64,000 bases of DNA from Catajapyx aquilonaris (lineage: Eukaryota), in contig KZ538281.1 in the NCBI GenBank assembly GCA_000934665.2, forward strand, positions 1 to 64,000. Reading direction: 5' to 3'. The position numbers were made by a program, and so were the translations under genes. Position 1 is the first letter of the stretch. The number at the start of each line of letters is the position of its first letter. The notes under the pieces were generated by a model. The model worked only from the letters and a program-made list of their open reading frames with translations, was not told where the DNA came from and searched no databases. Shown piece after piece: positions 1 through 13,300 of the stretch.

Positions 1-743
1 CATTTTCTTTATACATGTACATTGTACATGTACGGACTCAGTACGTTCATGCGCATGTATGGTCATTGCACCAACTGGCCCTCAGAGAAGGAAAAAATGG
101 CAGGCTTTTAAAAAATTCCGGAGAGAAAATATCCCAAAGGTATTCCGAGGTAATAGAGATGGATGAGGACACTATCGATTTGTCATAGACAGGATCTATG
201 TAAAATTCATGAGTTCCTTGAAACTGGCACAAATGCATAGTAATTCTCTGTCACCTCAAAAAAAAGAGGAAGGTTCTTCTCAACCCCTGAGGAGGGATGA
301 GGTCGGGGGAAGGGGATCGGAAAACTTTTTCGGTTGGCTCCATTGTGCCACACGCTGTAAAAGAGCCTTATTGTGCAGTGGGGTGGTATCATAAAAACCC
401 GGGTGTGTGATTACGCTTTCACAGAGCTATTCCGTAGCTAATGCGGTGACCTGAAGCTACACACTGCTTCCACAGTAAATGCATGGGAAAAAATCAACAT
501 TTCTGGCAATATTAGTAACTGCTGTTATGAATTTTGATAGCAGTTAGCAGTAGTCTGGGCCGGAAAAAACAGAGCAGTCCAAAACTTTTTTTGTGACTAT
601 ACAGGGTGTCATAAGTCGACTGCCAAACTTCCTGTGGTCACTTCATGTAGACATACCATTTGGTGTCCGAAGCATCGTAACCTATATATATATACTATAA
701 TGGGTTTCAAACCTTAATATTTCCATTTTATTATTATTTCTAG

Positions 744-2040
744 CCCCCGTTGCCAACGATAGTCCCGCCTGGGTCATCGGAGGGGTCATTAGGGTCGGGG
801 GCAAGCTCAGGAGCAGGGGTGGGGGCGGCGGCTTCCGGGGGGCCGCCGCCCTGCGATGCTCTCTTCCCCGCCGGATGCGAGGAGAGGTTGCGACGCTGGC
901 TGAGGCAAAGCGCCGACCTCCTGCTGGTCCTCGGATACTGCGTGGTGGCCTTCCTCAAACTGTGCTTCCTCGCCATTCTTCGATACGAGATCCGCGAGAT
1001 GATCCTCAAGGTTAGTAACAATTTTAAAAAATGTCTACAAGTCCAGACGCAGCATGCTCATTGGGTTAGAAAGAACGCTCACGCATGCGCATTTGGCCAG
1101 ATGGCGCTCAGAGTGGCTTCTGAGAGTGCATATCCTAACACGTACGTAATCTAAGCTCGCCCTTGTACCAAGGTGCCACATAACCACAAAGAGGGCAAAT
1201 TGGGAGCACACTGGGGGAAGCGAAAACGACCGCAATCTTCTTCAAGAAGGTCCTCCAAACAAGGCCATTTTCAAGTACTTTCCTCCCCGTCCCCAGTAAT
1301 CCTCAAAGTTTTCCTAGGGATACCCACGAACATCTGGCTCCAACCAAGACTTCCTTAACCTTACAAAATCGGGGAATATCTGGATTTTAAGAAAGGAAGT
1401 CTCCCAGCTTCCTCTTGCTTGAAATAAGACATGGCTAACCTAACCTAACCTATACTAACCTATACTAACCTATCCTAACCTATACTAACCTATACTAACC
1501 TATCCTAACCTATCCTAACCTAAGCCAGGTTGGAATTAATGGCATGGGTTTTATCCTTTAACACCGCGTGGCACATGGTTGGAAGCAAGCGCATGCGATC
1601 GCACGCGTTTAGGCCTGAGATGCAGTGTACATAACAAAGGTGTGAAGTGTGTGTGTGTGTGCTTTTTCTTATGTTTCCCCTATCCTGCATCCGTCCTCCA
1701 GATCAGAATGCTCCAGGGCGACGCCAACTCGCCTCAGTTCCCCGAGCTAGCAGCCGCCCTAGGCCTGAACCTGAGCCCGTCTCCGCCTTCGGGCTGCCCC
1801 CACAACCTGCCCCTGTCCCACCCCAACGCCCATACCATCGCCAACAACCCATCATCTCAATGCCTCCCTTCCTCCCACCTCCACCAGCCTCCACCTTTGC
1901 ATTCCCACCTTCCCCAAGCCAACGACCCAGCCAATGACTCGGACACCAATTCCAATTGCGCGCTCATCCTGGACAAAGAGCGCGACGATGCCAACGCCAA
2001 CGACTCCAGCGACAACAACCATGGGTATGACACTTATTAA
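744..2040 (+). CDS. Tetraspanin-family protein, last two coding exons (744-1010, 1702-2040); 5' part lies outside or undetected
   Basis: Acceptor TAG at 741-743, donor GTTAGT at 1011, acceptor CAG at 1699-1701, stop TAA 2038-2040. Spliced translation ...PPPCDALFPAGCEERLRRWLRQSADLLLVLGYCVVAFLKLCFLAILRYEIREMILK|IRMLQG... shows the GC motif that ends the tetraspanin large extracellular loop, then a TM4-like hydrophobic helix and a cytoplasmic tail. Confidence 0.75.
1436..1523. repeat. Interstitial telomere-like (CCTAA)n array with CCTATACTAA/CCTATCCTAA variants, in the tetraspanin intron
   Basis: Direct reading: ctaacctaacctaacctatactaacctatactaacctatcctaacc...; TTAGG is the ancestral arthropod telomere repeat. 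Confidence 0.9.
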
Positions 2041-3454
2041 AAAAGTAAAACACTGTGGCGCACTCACATTCATCCGCACACAACCCTTCCTCTCACCACC
2101 AGCCTGAAAGCGGTTTTAACTTGTGGGTTACATGCTCAGGCGGGTTACCTGCGCATGCGCATGACAACATTCACCTGCGTGCGCATTCAGTCTTGTAATT
2201 ACAGACCTAACGTAAAGCAAGTCACGATAACTGTAGCGCTGAAGGCAGGGTCTAGATCTTGATTTTCTTTTCTTTTCGCGACATTAAAATCGTGACTATA
2301 AAACGTACTTTAGATCCGCGCGATTTAATTCTTAAGTTGAGCCTATTCCTTATACTATATACATGTAGCAGAAAAGTGAGTAACACTTACGCTCGTTTAG
2401 TCTGTTAGAAATACAGCCGTCAACTCATACAAATCTAAAAACAAATTGGCCTTTCTTTTGAAATGTGACGAGCAGCGATTTGGTAACGTTAAAAATTTTA
2501 ATGGCACGACGAACTTCACAGCATTTGCAAACAGAGAGTACCGCCAGCATTACGCTTTAATGCTTTTTCCATGTTTGTCGACAATGAAAACGTAATGCGC
2601 AGTTTTTAAAATATTATACCTGATGTAGAGGGTGTAAAACGTTCAGCTTTTAATTTCAATGCTACTTCGTTACCTCTAATTGTATGACACCTACCAAAAA
2701 TGGTGTTTAATTCCATAGTTATTACAAAGAGTCCCAATTAAGAACGTCTTTGATGGAGAGATTACTTGGTTAGAATGGAATAATTCAAGAGGTAACGATT
2801 AATCGGCTTATGTCCCCGTTAATTACAGCAAAACTCATGCTACTTACCACTTTCTCAAGTGAAAGTGTCGGGACCTTACATTATAAATACACTGAGTGGC
2901 AGTTGGAATTATCCCAATTATTATAATCATGTAGACTTTAGATTGCACAGTTCAAATTTAACAAAGTCTTACTCTTACGATACTTATTCCTTATCAGCAA
3001 GCTTCGCGCATTAGACGTGACTAATTATGCCCATTAACCACACGTATACACAGAGTGATGATACACACAGACCGGATAACCACGTTCTTGTACGTTGTCA
3101 TGCTATTGCGCAGATATCAGATCACATTGCCGCATTATCATTTTGCTCATATTCGCACATACCATGCGTCACAAAAGTCAGCAAAGTTCGAATCGAGTGG
3201 AAATTTCGCATTATTATTGTTCAGACGGTTAGTATAGGCAGTTTTGCCAATATGCTCATATCTCTATGCTGAAACTACCTTGTCACCACTGCACTACATA
3301 TCCACGTCTAAACGAATTTAGGCGAAAATGGCAAATTGGCAAAGCCACAATAACGTTCGTTTATTGGCGTATATAGAAACCTACTGACGCTCCCAATAAG
3401 ATTATCAGCCAAATGCGACGTACCGTGCCTGGCATGGACAGTACTGTGCTGGAC

Positions 3455-3690
3455 ATTAATTCCGTCATACTGCTAGCGACATTTTCTGATGCGGCAGAAG
3501 TGCAAATCAGAGTGAGCCGTACGAGTAAGAATAGGTAGGCCTTGAGTGACGTCACCGGCTGGGGGCCAATAGCGAAAAGGCTTGTTCACCAGCCAGTGAC
3601 GTCACCCAAGGGCTACCATTTCTTACTCTATCACTTCGATTCGCACTTCTGACACGTCAGAAAATGTCGCAAGCAGTATGACGCGATGTA
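3455..3690. mobile_element. MITE family A (long imperfect TIRs), uninterrupted copy
   Basis: Left end attaattccgtcatactgctagcgacattttctga is inverted to right end tcagaaaatgtcgcaagcagtatgacgcgat. A second copy lies at 27726-28552. Confidence 0.8.
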
Positions 3691-4390
3691 CTGGTGCGGT
3701 CACCCATGAGCCATACAGATGTCGAGATTTCCATCCGATTGACAGCTCCTTTTTCTTTGTAACGCACGGTATAAACAAACCGGGCATGTTTTAACATGTC
3801 TTCCTTTCCCCCCTTGAAAAATTCCCGATCGCAGCACCACCAATGGCAACAACAACAACGAGCTTCACGAGCTTCACGAGCTTCGCTCCCATTGGCTGAG
3901 GAGGACTTGAGCCAAGCTGATGCCTCGTTGGAACCTGACCAATCCCCCCAACAATCTTCCACCGAATCCCACCCAATCGCGTGCCGGCCTTAGATAACAC
4001 GACTGGGACGCTGTGACGTCATTTCCTGTATAACCCCCCCACCACACACCCGTCAGGCCACACCATCCGTTATAGGTTTTGACATTTGTCAAATTTTTCT
4101 TTTCCAATTTTCGGTTTCAAAACCCACCCCCCGTTGTTGTTGTTCTTGTTGTTGTTGTTACCGAAACCGGTTTTATAAACTACACTCGCCTTGGACACGG
4201 ATCAATCTTCACCGGTTTCAAGCCTCTCTTTATCTGCGCAACCGGTTCTTTCTGTTTCGTCTTGCCACAAACCGAACCCCAAAAAGGCAAGTTCTTTCAA
4301 ATTGACCAATTAAAGTATCACATTTAAAAAAAGAAAAATCGACTGTGTCAGGTTTAATTAGCCGTCCGTTTAAACTGAAACCCGGTCTAT

Positions 4391-4600
4391 GAGCTACGTT
4401 ACATGGCACTTTTTTGTAGCGCTTCATTTCAAAACGTGTTGATATAGCACGCTTTCGGTAGGAAGTTACAAAGCAGCATATACTAGTGGGCCTACTTCGG
4501 GCATCTCAACACGCGTTGAATTTTTGAAGCGCGTTATCATAAGTTACAAGGAGCGCTCCTTCCTGAAGCGCTTTTTAACTGGCGCCATGTAACGTGGCTC
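4391..4600. mobile_element. Small MITE-like inverted-repeat element
   Basis: gagctacgttacatggcac (4391) is inverted to gcgccatgtaacgtggctc (ending 4600). Confidence 0.55.
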
Positions 4601-5459
4601 TACGTAACGCTGAAACTTACTTTGAGCCGTCCAAGAGCATTGAAAAAAAAAGAAAACTGAAAGCCCTGCTCACACGGTCAAATTTTCTTCAAAACTATAC
4701 AGTTTGAGGGCATGTTACTTGAATTCGTTGGTCATAGAAATTGTTGCTGTCGATTGATAGTTATCAAGTAACAGGCACTGAAACTGTACAGGTTAGTCCA
4801 GCAAGAAAGCTGCTTATTTAACTGCTTAGCAGTGAGCAGAAAGTTGATACCTAGCTGTTAGAGTAACTGTTATCAGAGATACAAAATATGGCGGTCAAAA
4901 ATTAGGATGTGTTTAACCCCGATTGCATGAACACAAATTAAAGGAAAATTTTTCATTTACAGTAATTTGCAATTACGAATAGACACTGTCCTTACACCTG
5001 TTGAAAAATATTAGTTTTCATCCCAAAATATTGATATTAAAAATTGAGTTGTGCTTAAAATACATGTCCCAAGCCTTTATTTTTTGACACATATTAGTTT
5101 TTTTTGCCAATCAGGCACAAACAACAGCAGTTTTCACCTCTACAAGCAGCTTAGACAAATAAGCAGCTTGTTGGATTCACTTAAAATATGACCAGTTCTA
5201 CAATTATCCCCCCCAAAAAACCAGTTTCTTGCTAATTTGTATGTGTGTATTTGACCGTGAAAGCCGGACATAAAAACCGGGTTTTTTAAAACTCCGCCTG
5301 AACAGACAGAATGCCTTACAAAAATATATTATATTATAATAAAAAATTCTGGTCGAAAACCAGTTTGAAGAGACATTGGGTGGAATGGTCCCCAAAAGAT
5401 AAATAAACACAGCATCACGAAACGGGTATTAAAATACTAAATGCTAATTCGTATGTTTA

Positions 5460-5605
5460 AGGGCCAGTTTCACCGAGATCGGTATAACTTAGAACCTCGG
5501 TTTATGACAACCATGGAAACCATTGTTGTCAACAACGAAAAACTGAAGATTTTTTCGAAAAGAAACTCGGATTTATAAATATACTGAGCTCGATGAAACC
5601 GTCCT
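5460..5605. mobile_element. Degenerate PIF/Harbinger-like MITE
   Basis: agggccagtttcaccgagatcggtata is inverted to tatactgagctcgatgaaaccgtcct; TA-rich flanks and a GGGC-type terminus. Confidence 0.55.
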
Positions 5606-6036
5606 TACAAAAGCAAAATGTAAGAGAGAGGTTAAATAATAACCGCACACTTTGTAACCTACACACATTAGTACTTAAAAAAAACCCTTTTTGAACATAT
5701 CGCCTCTTCAGAACCCCTCCCTACCCCCAACCGGTCCAGATAAGCCTCCATATAACGTTGTTAAAACCAGAAAATTAAATCTGGGTTTACACTAGTGTCG
5801 TTATCATATAGGTTAGTTACAGGTTGAAATTCACCAATTCGACAAAAGACATAAGACATTACTATGAACCCAAAATATCGTGATACGGAGGTTTAATCTT
5901 ATAAAACCTAGCTTAAGCACGCTTTGACCGCAACTTGAGACCCCTCCCTAACTCCTCAAAAAACGAGCCTTAAGCACCGCCCTGCGCCTTAAAACCGGTT
6001 CCAGTCACTGCCCCCTTCCCACAGTCACACTGAAAG

Positions 6037-6597
6037 GAGGAAGGCAGCAGATCTGAAGCTCCAAATAGCCTCCAAGACATGCGATCCTGTCTCTAGGTTG
6101 GTTTAGGTTAGGGTGAGGTAAACCCTAACCCGGCCTAACCTAACCACTATGAAGGATCGCTTGGTTAGGTTAGGTTAGGTTAGGTTAGGTTAGGGTGAGG
6201 TAAACCCTAACCCGTCCTAACCTAACCTCTATGAAGGATCGCTTGGTTAGGTTAGGTTAGGTTAGGTTAGGTTAGGGTGAGGTAAACCCTAATCCGCCCA
6301 AACCTAAACTCTATGAAGGATCGCTTGGTTAGGTTAGGTTACGGTGAGGTAAACCCTAGCCTAACCTAACCTAGAAGAAGGATTTCTAAGTTAGAGGTAA
6401 GGTTGCGATAAACTCTAACCTAACCGAAAGGAATGATCACCTGGTTAGGTGAGGTAAGGCTGAAATAAACCCTAATCTAAACTACATGGTTAGGTTAGGT
6501 TAGGTTATGCTTTACGTCACACTTACCTAACCTAACCTACAGGAAGTATCGCCTGTCTTGGGAGGCTAATTTGAGCTTCAGGTCAGCTACGTTACTC
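6037..6597. mobile_element. Non-autonomous TIR element (family B) filled with head-to-head TTAGG/CCTAA repeats
   Basis: Left gaggaaggcagcagatctgaagctccaaatagcctccaagacatgcgat is inverted to right atcgcctgtcttgggaggctaatttgagcttcaggtcagctacgttactc. The interior has repeated ~70-80-bp units atgaaggatcgcttgg(ttagg)n gtgaggtaaaccctaac...cctaacc. Confidence 0.8.
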
Positions 6598-9500
6598 ATT
6601 TCCTGGACTGTACACCCTCCCCTATTTAAAACATACCTGATCGTGACGTCACAGCCTAGAGGATATTAAATCAAGAGTTAAGACGTGTGAAAGTCTATGG
6701 CGTTGTTTTTCCCGGTTATTACAACAAGACCCTCTTTTTAAAAAACCGGTTGTTACGCAGGACATTACCGGGAAGAGGGTGACAAAGAATTTTTTTTTCG
6801 TGAGTGTGCGTGTGTGTGCCGATTTCTTTATTTGTTTTCCTGATAAAAGGACAAAACGGCGCAAAATGGTTCCATAGAGTGATACTACAAAGACAAAAAA
6901 GAGACTACTTATGAAATATCACAATTTAAAAAAACATAAAATGGACGATGAGTCGCGATAGAAATTTGCCGAGCTTTAAAACAGTATCGGTCCTAGACGA
7001 CCGATAAGGTGTAATGATTAAAAAATATATACAAAAAAATATATATTAAAAAAAAGCTGAATCTTGTTCAGTTTGTTCACATCAAAGCTGAAATATAGAA
7101 CTGTTTAATGGTCCAAAAAGTGTTTATGTCGTGCGTTTTTATTTATTTTTTTGGAAGGTGCTGTGAAACTTGTGATACACCCTGTGGTTTTGAAGTGTGT
7201 GAAGTTTTTTCCAGTGTCCGTCAAGATTTGTGATCAACATGTGCAAGAACTGATGTTAAACAGTAAGCAATCTACATACCCAATTTATTGCATTGAAGTA
7301 CGGTTGTATGAACTCAAATTAAAATCTGCAAATCTCAGATTATGTATCATAATTTTCAATGCAAAAAAACCGGACGATTTTATCTTAATTTGAGTTGGCA
7401 CAACAGGCCTTTAATATAATTTTTTGGCTACATGTCCTTACTGTGGACGTAGTACAAATGTCTCACACATATGTCGGTTCTGATGACTCACCGCGGACAT
7501 AGGCACTAAATTGCTAAAATAATTTAGCGCGCGGTGGTATTTCACTGTCCAAATGCGTATTTATCTACCTGTCGAGCAATTCGCAGTGTTCCAAAATATG
7601 CTGTAATTAGTCAGCCATTTCAATCAGGGGTGCAGACGACGCGAGAGGTCAAATTAGGCAGCCGGAGGAAAATGAAAACAGCATGGGCCAGGGCTAATCA
7701 CACTGGGGGAAATTGTCAACACCCCCAATATTAACACGGTTTTTAATTATTATTTTTTTCGAGCGAGACATTTAAAAAAATGGACGATATCGCTGGAAAT
7801 GAAGTTTTGACAAACCGGAAACAGCAAACTCATTTCGCATTTTCCACTTTAGCAACAAGGACAGATTGGCCCTGTTATAATTTAGCTAATTGCTACTAAG
7901 CTGCTTTATTTAGCTGATAATTTTTTTTGAAGTGTGTAGGACAACCCTGTACATACGACGGAGGTCACAAGTCGACCTTGACCTAGCCCAACACGCCTCC
8001 TTCACCCCCAATTACTTCCCTCGTAATAAATCACGCTGCAAATGGCCTCAATTCACAGGCCCCCCCCCCCATCAAGGCCCCTCCCATATATGGCCACGAA
8101 ATAGCAAGAGTTGGAAAGGGGACTTTGGCACTTCTTCCTCCAAAAAGAAATCCTCTGAACTGACAAACAGGAACAAAAGGGGTTATAGAAGGACATGGCG
8201 CAATAAGGGTCCAAAGTCCCCCTCTCTTGGTATTAAAAGGACTTAATCCGGACTAATGCGAACCTGGAAATTAATTCACTGATGGGACAATCGATATGTC
8301 GTTCGAAGCATTAGTATCATTTTCAGCTGAAAGTCCAATCCCGAAATGAGATTTAAGGGGGGGGGGGGCGGTATTAGAGTGTCCTTAAACCGTTTAGAGG
8401 GAGAGAGACTATAATATGAGTGGATCTCTCCATCCCCCCACCCCCCCTCCCAGCTCTTCACCACTCCTCTTTTCTATTTGATGCCATTTGCATGGAGAAT
8501 GGCCCCCTAAACGAATTATCAGCATCGATCTGGAATGACATCTGAACTACTTATAAGGCCTTAGTTTTTGCTCCAATCTCTTTAACTATCATCTAATATA
8601 GGGAAGATCTTTACTATATACGCGACGAAGAGTCGGGGTGGAGACCCCGGTGGGAAGTGAAGAGAGCTCATCCGAATGCGTGTGACTCCCGCACGCATAT
8701 CTGGACGTGGCAAAGCCACGATAACGTTCGTTGGCTTGCGGCACCACAAAAAAAGGACAATAATTTTTGCCACCAGTAATAATAATTAATCATCACCATT
8801 CTATTCATTCACCAATTCAGTTACTAGCAGGATACCCGTTCTTCGCATGGAAATTGACGAATATATCGAATGAATGGTAGAAGTTGCTATGGTACACCCG
8901 TTTCCATGGTAACCCGTTGCTATGGCAAAGTATGGTGGTAGTGGAGCAGCAGGGGCGGTATAGGTGAGGGGACGAATGGAGGGGAAGGAGAAATGGGACA
9001 TACAGACAAACCTTTTCATTTATAAAATATTTATTTTATTTACGTATACCCTATGTATTTTAATTATTTCAATTTGATTTATTTGTGCGCTTTGATTAAT
9101 TAACTATTTTTTTATTTGTGTATGTATTTAAATCCATTTATTTATGTGCGTATTCAAATTTATTTAAGTATTTAAATTATTTATTTTAATTTCATTTATT
9201 TAACTGATTTTTAACGATCGGTACCTAGATCATTTCTGTTCACAGGATTAGTTGCAGCTCGAGTGCATCCGGCCGTGGCAAAGCCACAATAACGTTCGTT
9301 GGGCCGGAGCTCCACAAAATGTACAGTAATATATTATTTTTGCGGATACATACCCATTAACTGATGATCATTCGGTTAATTTGTTTGTTTATTTTAATTG
9401 ATTTATATTTATTTATTTTGCTAATCTTTTAACCATCTGTGTCAGAGATCGTTAATTTTCTGTTCAAAGCAAAGGTTTGATTCATTCAATGAGAGTATAA

Positions 9501-10365
9501 TGTGCCAGTGGCTGCGTTTGGAAACAGCCTGTACAATACATGTAGCAATTTGATAACGTCGATTATGCCCGAACCAGCATGTAGATTACAGCCAGGTTTT
9601 ATTAGCGATGCGTTGAACCGCAACAAATACCATAAACGTGTTATCAACTCTCTTTTTTTAAAAAAAAAAATCCACGGCGTAATTATTAGAGCTGGCCAAA
9701 TACAATGCAACCAATTAACTTACCATTTTGTGGCGGAAAAAGAATCCGGTGGCATCAATCATGGAATTGTAATGTAAGCCGATATGACCTGTTCCTGCTC
9801 TAATGAGCCTCGAAAAATAACTAGTTCTAAGTATCGATCTCTGATCATGATCAATCCGCATGGATGATACTGCGACACTTTTTTTTTCTTTCTTCCCCAG
9901 CTGTAAATACAGAGAGACATAGAGAGCGCGGACATTTACGATTATGACCTAATGAAAGTATTTACAACCCTGTGCTGGGTGGTGGCCAGATGTCAATTTC
10001 CTGCACCCGCGTCAATGTTGCCTATGCTTTTAGTGGCGCCATGGCGCAGTCCCAACCGGGGAGTTCAGGGAGGTTTTTATAGCTCGATGGGAAACAAATG
10101 ATGACAGGGTTTCAGTTTCGTCAAACGTAAACAGCAGCTGGACTCGTACAAGAAGAGAAAAGGAAAAAAGAAGGGAATTTATATTTGGCGCACTCTAACA
10201 ACGGAATGTGATCACCACCCACGTTTATTTCGAAGACTGAAAAAAAAGTCATAACAATTGCGACAAGTCCTTGGAAGACTGCGTCAGTTATTTCCTTACA
10301 AAAAAAAAGTTCAGATAAAAAGCTATGGTACGATTGCAGAATTGTTATTTCGGAAAATAACTATC

Positions 10366-13300
10366 GAGCGTACCACACATGTAGGGTTGGCATTATCAAT
10401 GATATCTGGTAAACACTCTACATGAGGTGTACTACAATATCTGCACGTATTTCCAACGCTACGCTTGAGGAGAGGAACAAAATGGCAGCCGTTTGCGACG
10501 TACAAAAAGTTGCAGATAAAATGAGACTATGACCAGGCACGATTGCAGAATTGTATTTTGGAAGTATAACTATCAAGAGCGCACCACAGTTCACGCAGCT
10601 TGCAAGGTTGGCATTATCAATGATATCTGGGAAACCTACGAGAGGTTAGGTATGGTAAATAAGATCTGCACGTATTTCCAACGCTACGTTTGGGAATGGG
10701 GGAAGATAAATGGCCGACGTTTGCGACGAACCTCAGAGGGTGTGAATTACTATGCAAAAAAATCAATTGAAACAAAATAAAATTAAACGTGACAATCATT
10801 TTGCACATGCGGGAAACTCTGGCAACATTGCTGTCGGAACAATTAAGCTGCGCGAGAGTAGGTGCGCACTTGGTTGTGCTAGTTAAAAAAAATCGCCTAT
10901 AATCACACATTTTGTCTATAGTGATTGGTGTAGTAAACAGTCAGTCACTTTCAAAAATATTCACTGGGAAAGATGAACATTTTGCTGGGTAGAGCAGCAA
11001 CATTACTGGAAAAACTACGAGAATATAAGCCCCTTGAATCCATGACGTGAAGGCAAGTTTAGTGCTGGGATCTGCGGTCATTTGTTGGCTTTATCAGATC
11101 CTCTTTCACACAAGTATAAAAAAGGCAACGACGGATCATGACTAAATAGCCCCCCTAGGGAGGAGCACGCACAAGTCATTACGAGACGCAATGTATTACG
11201 ACCTGCTGGTTTAATGTCATGTAATATCAGTGTGCAACCTGTGCTTAAGGGCAGTTCAGATGGATAGATTTTACTTGACGACGTGCCATGTGATTGAAGA
11301 AGAAAAAGCGTCAGAACTGTACACACAGTGTTGTACATTGCAGCCTACTCTAATCCAACCTAACCTCACCTAACTTACTAATGAACACCTTACTAGTGAA
11401 TCTTACAATTATTTGCTAGGTTAGGTTATGTTTGTTTGAATTACGTTGGGTTAGGTGAGTTTAGGAGAGTTTAGGTGAGTTTAGGTGAGTTTAGGTTGGT
11501 TTAGGTGAGTTTAGGTTGGTTTAGGTGAGTTTAGGTGAGTTTAGGAGAGTTTAGGTTGGTTTAGGTGAGTTTAGTTTGGTTTAGGTTATTTTAGGTGAGT
11601 TTAGGTGAGTTTAGGAGAGTTTAGGTTGGTTTAGGTGAGTTTAGTTTGGTTTAGGTTATTTTAGGTGAGTTTAGGAGAGTTTAGGTGAGTTTAGTTTGGT
11701 TTAGGTTAGTTTAGGTGAGTTTAGGAGAGTTTAGGTGAGTTTAGTTTGGTTTAGGTTAGTTTAGGTTAGTTTAGGTTAGTTTAGGAGAGTTTAGGTGAGT
11801 TTAGTTTGGTTTAGGTTAGTTTAGGTTAGTTTAGGTTAGTTTAGGTTAGTTTAGGTTAGTTTAGGAGAGTTTAGGTGAGGTTAGTTTAGGTGAGGTTAGG
11901 TGAGGTTAGTTTAGGTTGTTAGTTTAGGTGACTTTAGTTTAGGTTGTTAGTTCAGGTGAGGTTAGGCTATGTTATGTTAATCTAAACTAACCTAACCTAA
12001 TCTAACGCAATGAATACTCGTAAGCTTCATTAGTAATCCTATAGATATTTATCTTCGGTTGACTTCTGTAGGACATATAACGACTTTTGTGACAATCCTA
12101 TCAGCAAAAGAGCTTCACAGTGGCTTCTTAAACTGTAGAGGAAGATGTATGACGACAAAACCCGGATCTCTTCTTATACCAAAGGCGAATCGTTGGGGGT
12201 GTCTTGGAATGCAATAGTAATCGCGAAACTCTGTAGGGAACAATTCCAACACATCCTCGTGTTCATTTCACGCTCTGTTTCGCCAAGAAACAAGAAACTG
12301 CACGCTTTCAGACTTCCTATAGATATACGTATATTTTTTTGAGCTCGACTCCTCACAACTTGTTAGGTTCCAAGAATGTAAATTAGTAATGAACTTGGCG
12401 AATGAAGGTGCCGGATCATTCATTCCGTTGGTGGGCCGGAAATGAATTTATTATTATCACTCTCTGGAAGAAAGTGATGTCGTGGCAGGGTGTTTCATAA
12501 CGATTCCGACAGTTACTGGATAGCCGCGATCACTTTATGTATAGACACCTTTTGGTCTACTCAGCCAAATTACCGAGAAAATTTGATTTAAACACAGGGT
12601 GTTACATTTTCCTATATTTTCGACATCTCCTGGGGTTCCAGTGAATCTCTAGACTGTTATCCGGATTTTTTTTTTTGCTTTGTATAGAATCTATAGGTTA
12701 TAGATCATTGTGCAACTACAACATGAGCGTGTTGCCGGCTGTTTAAAACCTATCGATATTATCAGAGCCAATCAACCGGTGCTAGAGAATAGTCGGGGAT
12801 CATTATGGGCGAGTAATCGAGCATAAAAATGCATCAATAATAATTAAACGTGCCATTGACAGTTATAATAACAATAATTTACACCGCAACAGAAAAACAT
12901 CCAAAACGGCGGTACTGAATTCAATGGAACATCCACAAAACATGCAATAAGTACAGGGTGTTTTTGTAACGATTGGAAACAACATTAAATGGTTGAATTT
13001 TATGAAAAAGTGGTCATATCGTTTAATAGGTCAATGCTAATTTTGTCTTCGAGGAACAAATGGCGAATTCAAATAATTTTTTGAATAATTGTGAAACACT
13101 CTGTACTACATGCTACTATTTCAGTGCACAAAGTATTACGTCGGATTATACACATGGATCCAGAATAGGATCAATGCGAATGGCATAATGCAACGTTCAT
13201 TCCAACATCACGTAACAAGAGGGGGCCTAAAAATAATACCCCCGAACATATATAACTGGTAGATCAGCCCTGCGGACTAACCCTATATCCCTTTTGGTTT

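Noticed and set aside
3657..4107. Short overlapping ORFs (e.g. 3796-3993, Q/RAS-rich)
   Set aside because: No recognisable family, no supporting splice pattern, adjacent to MITEs.
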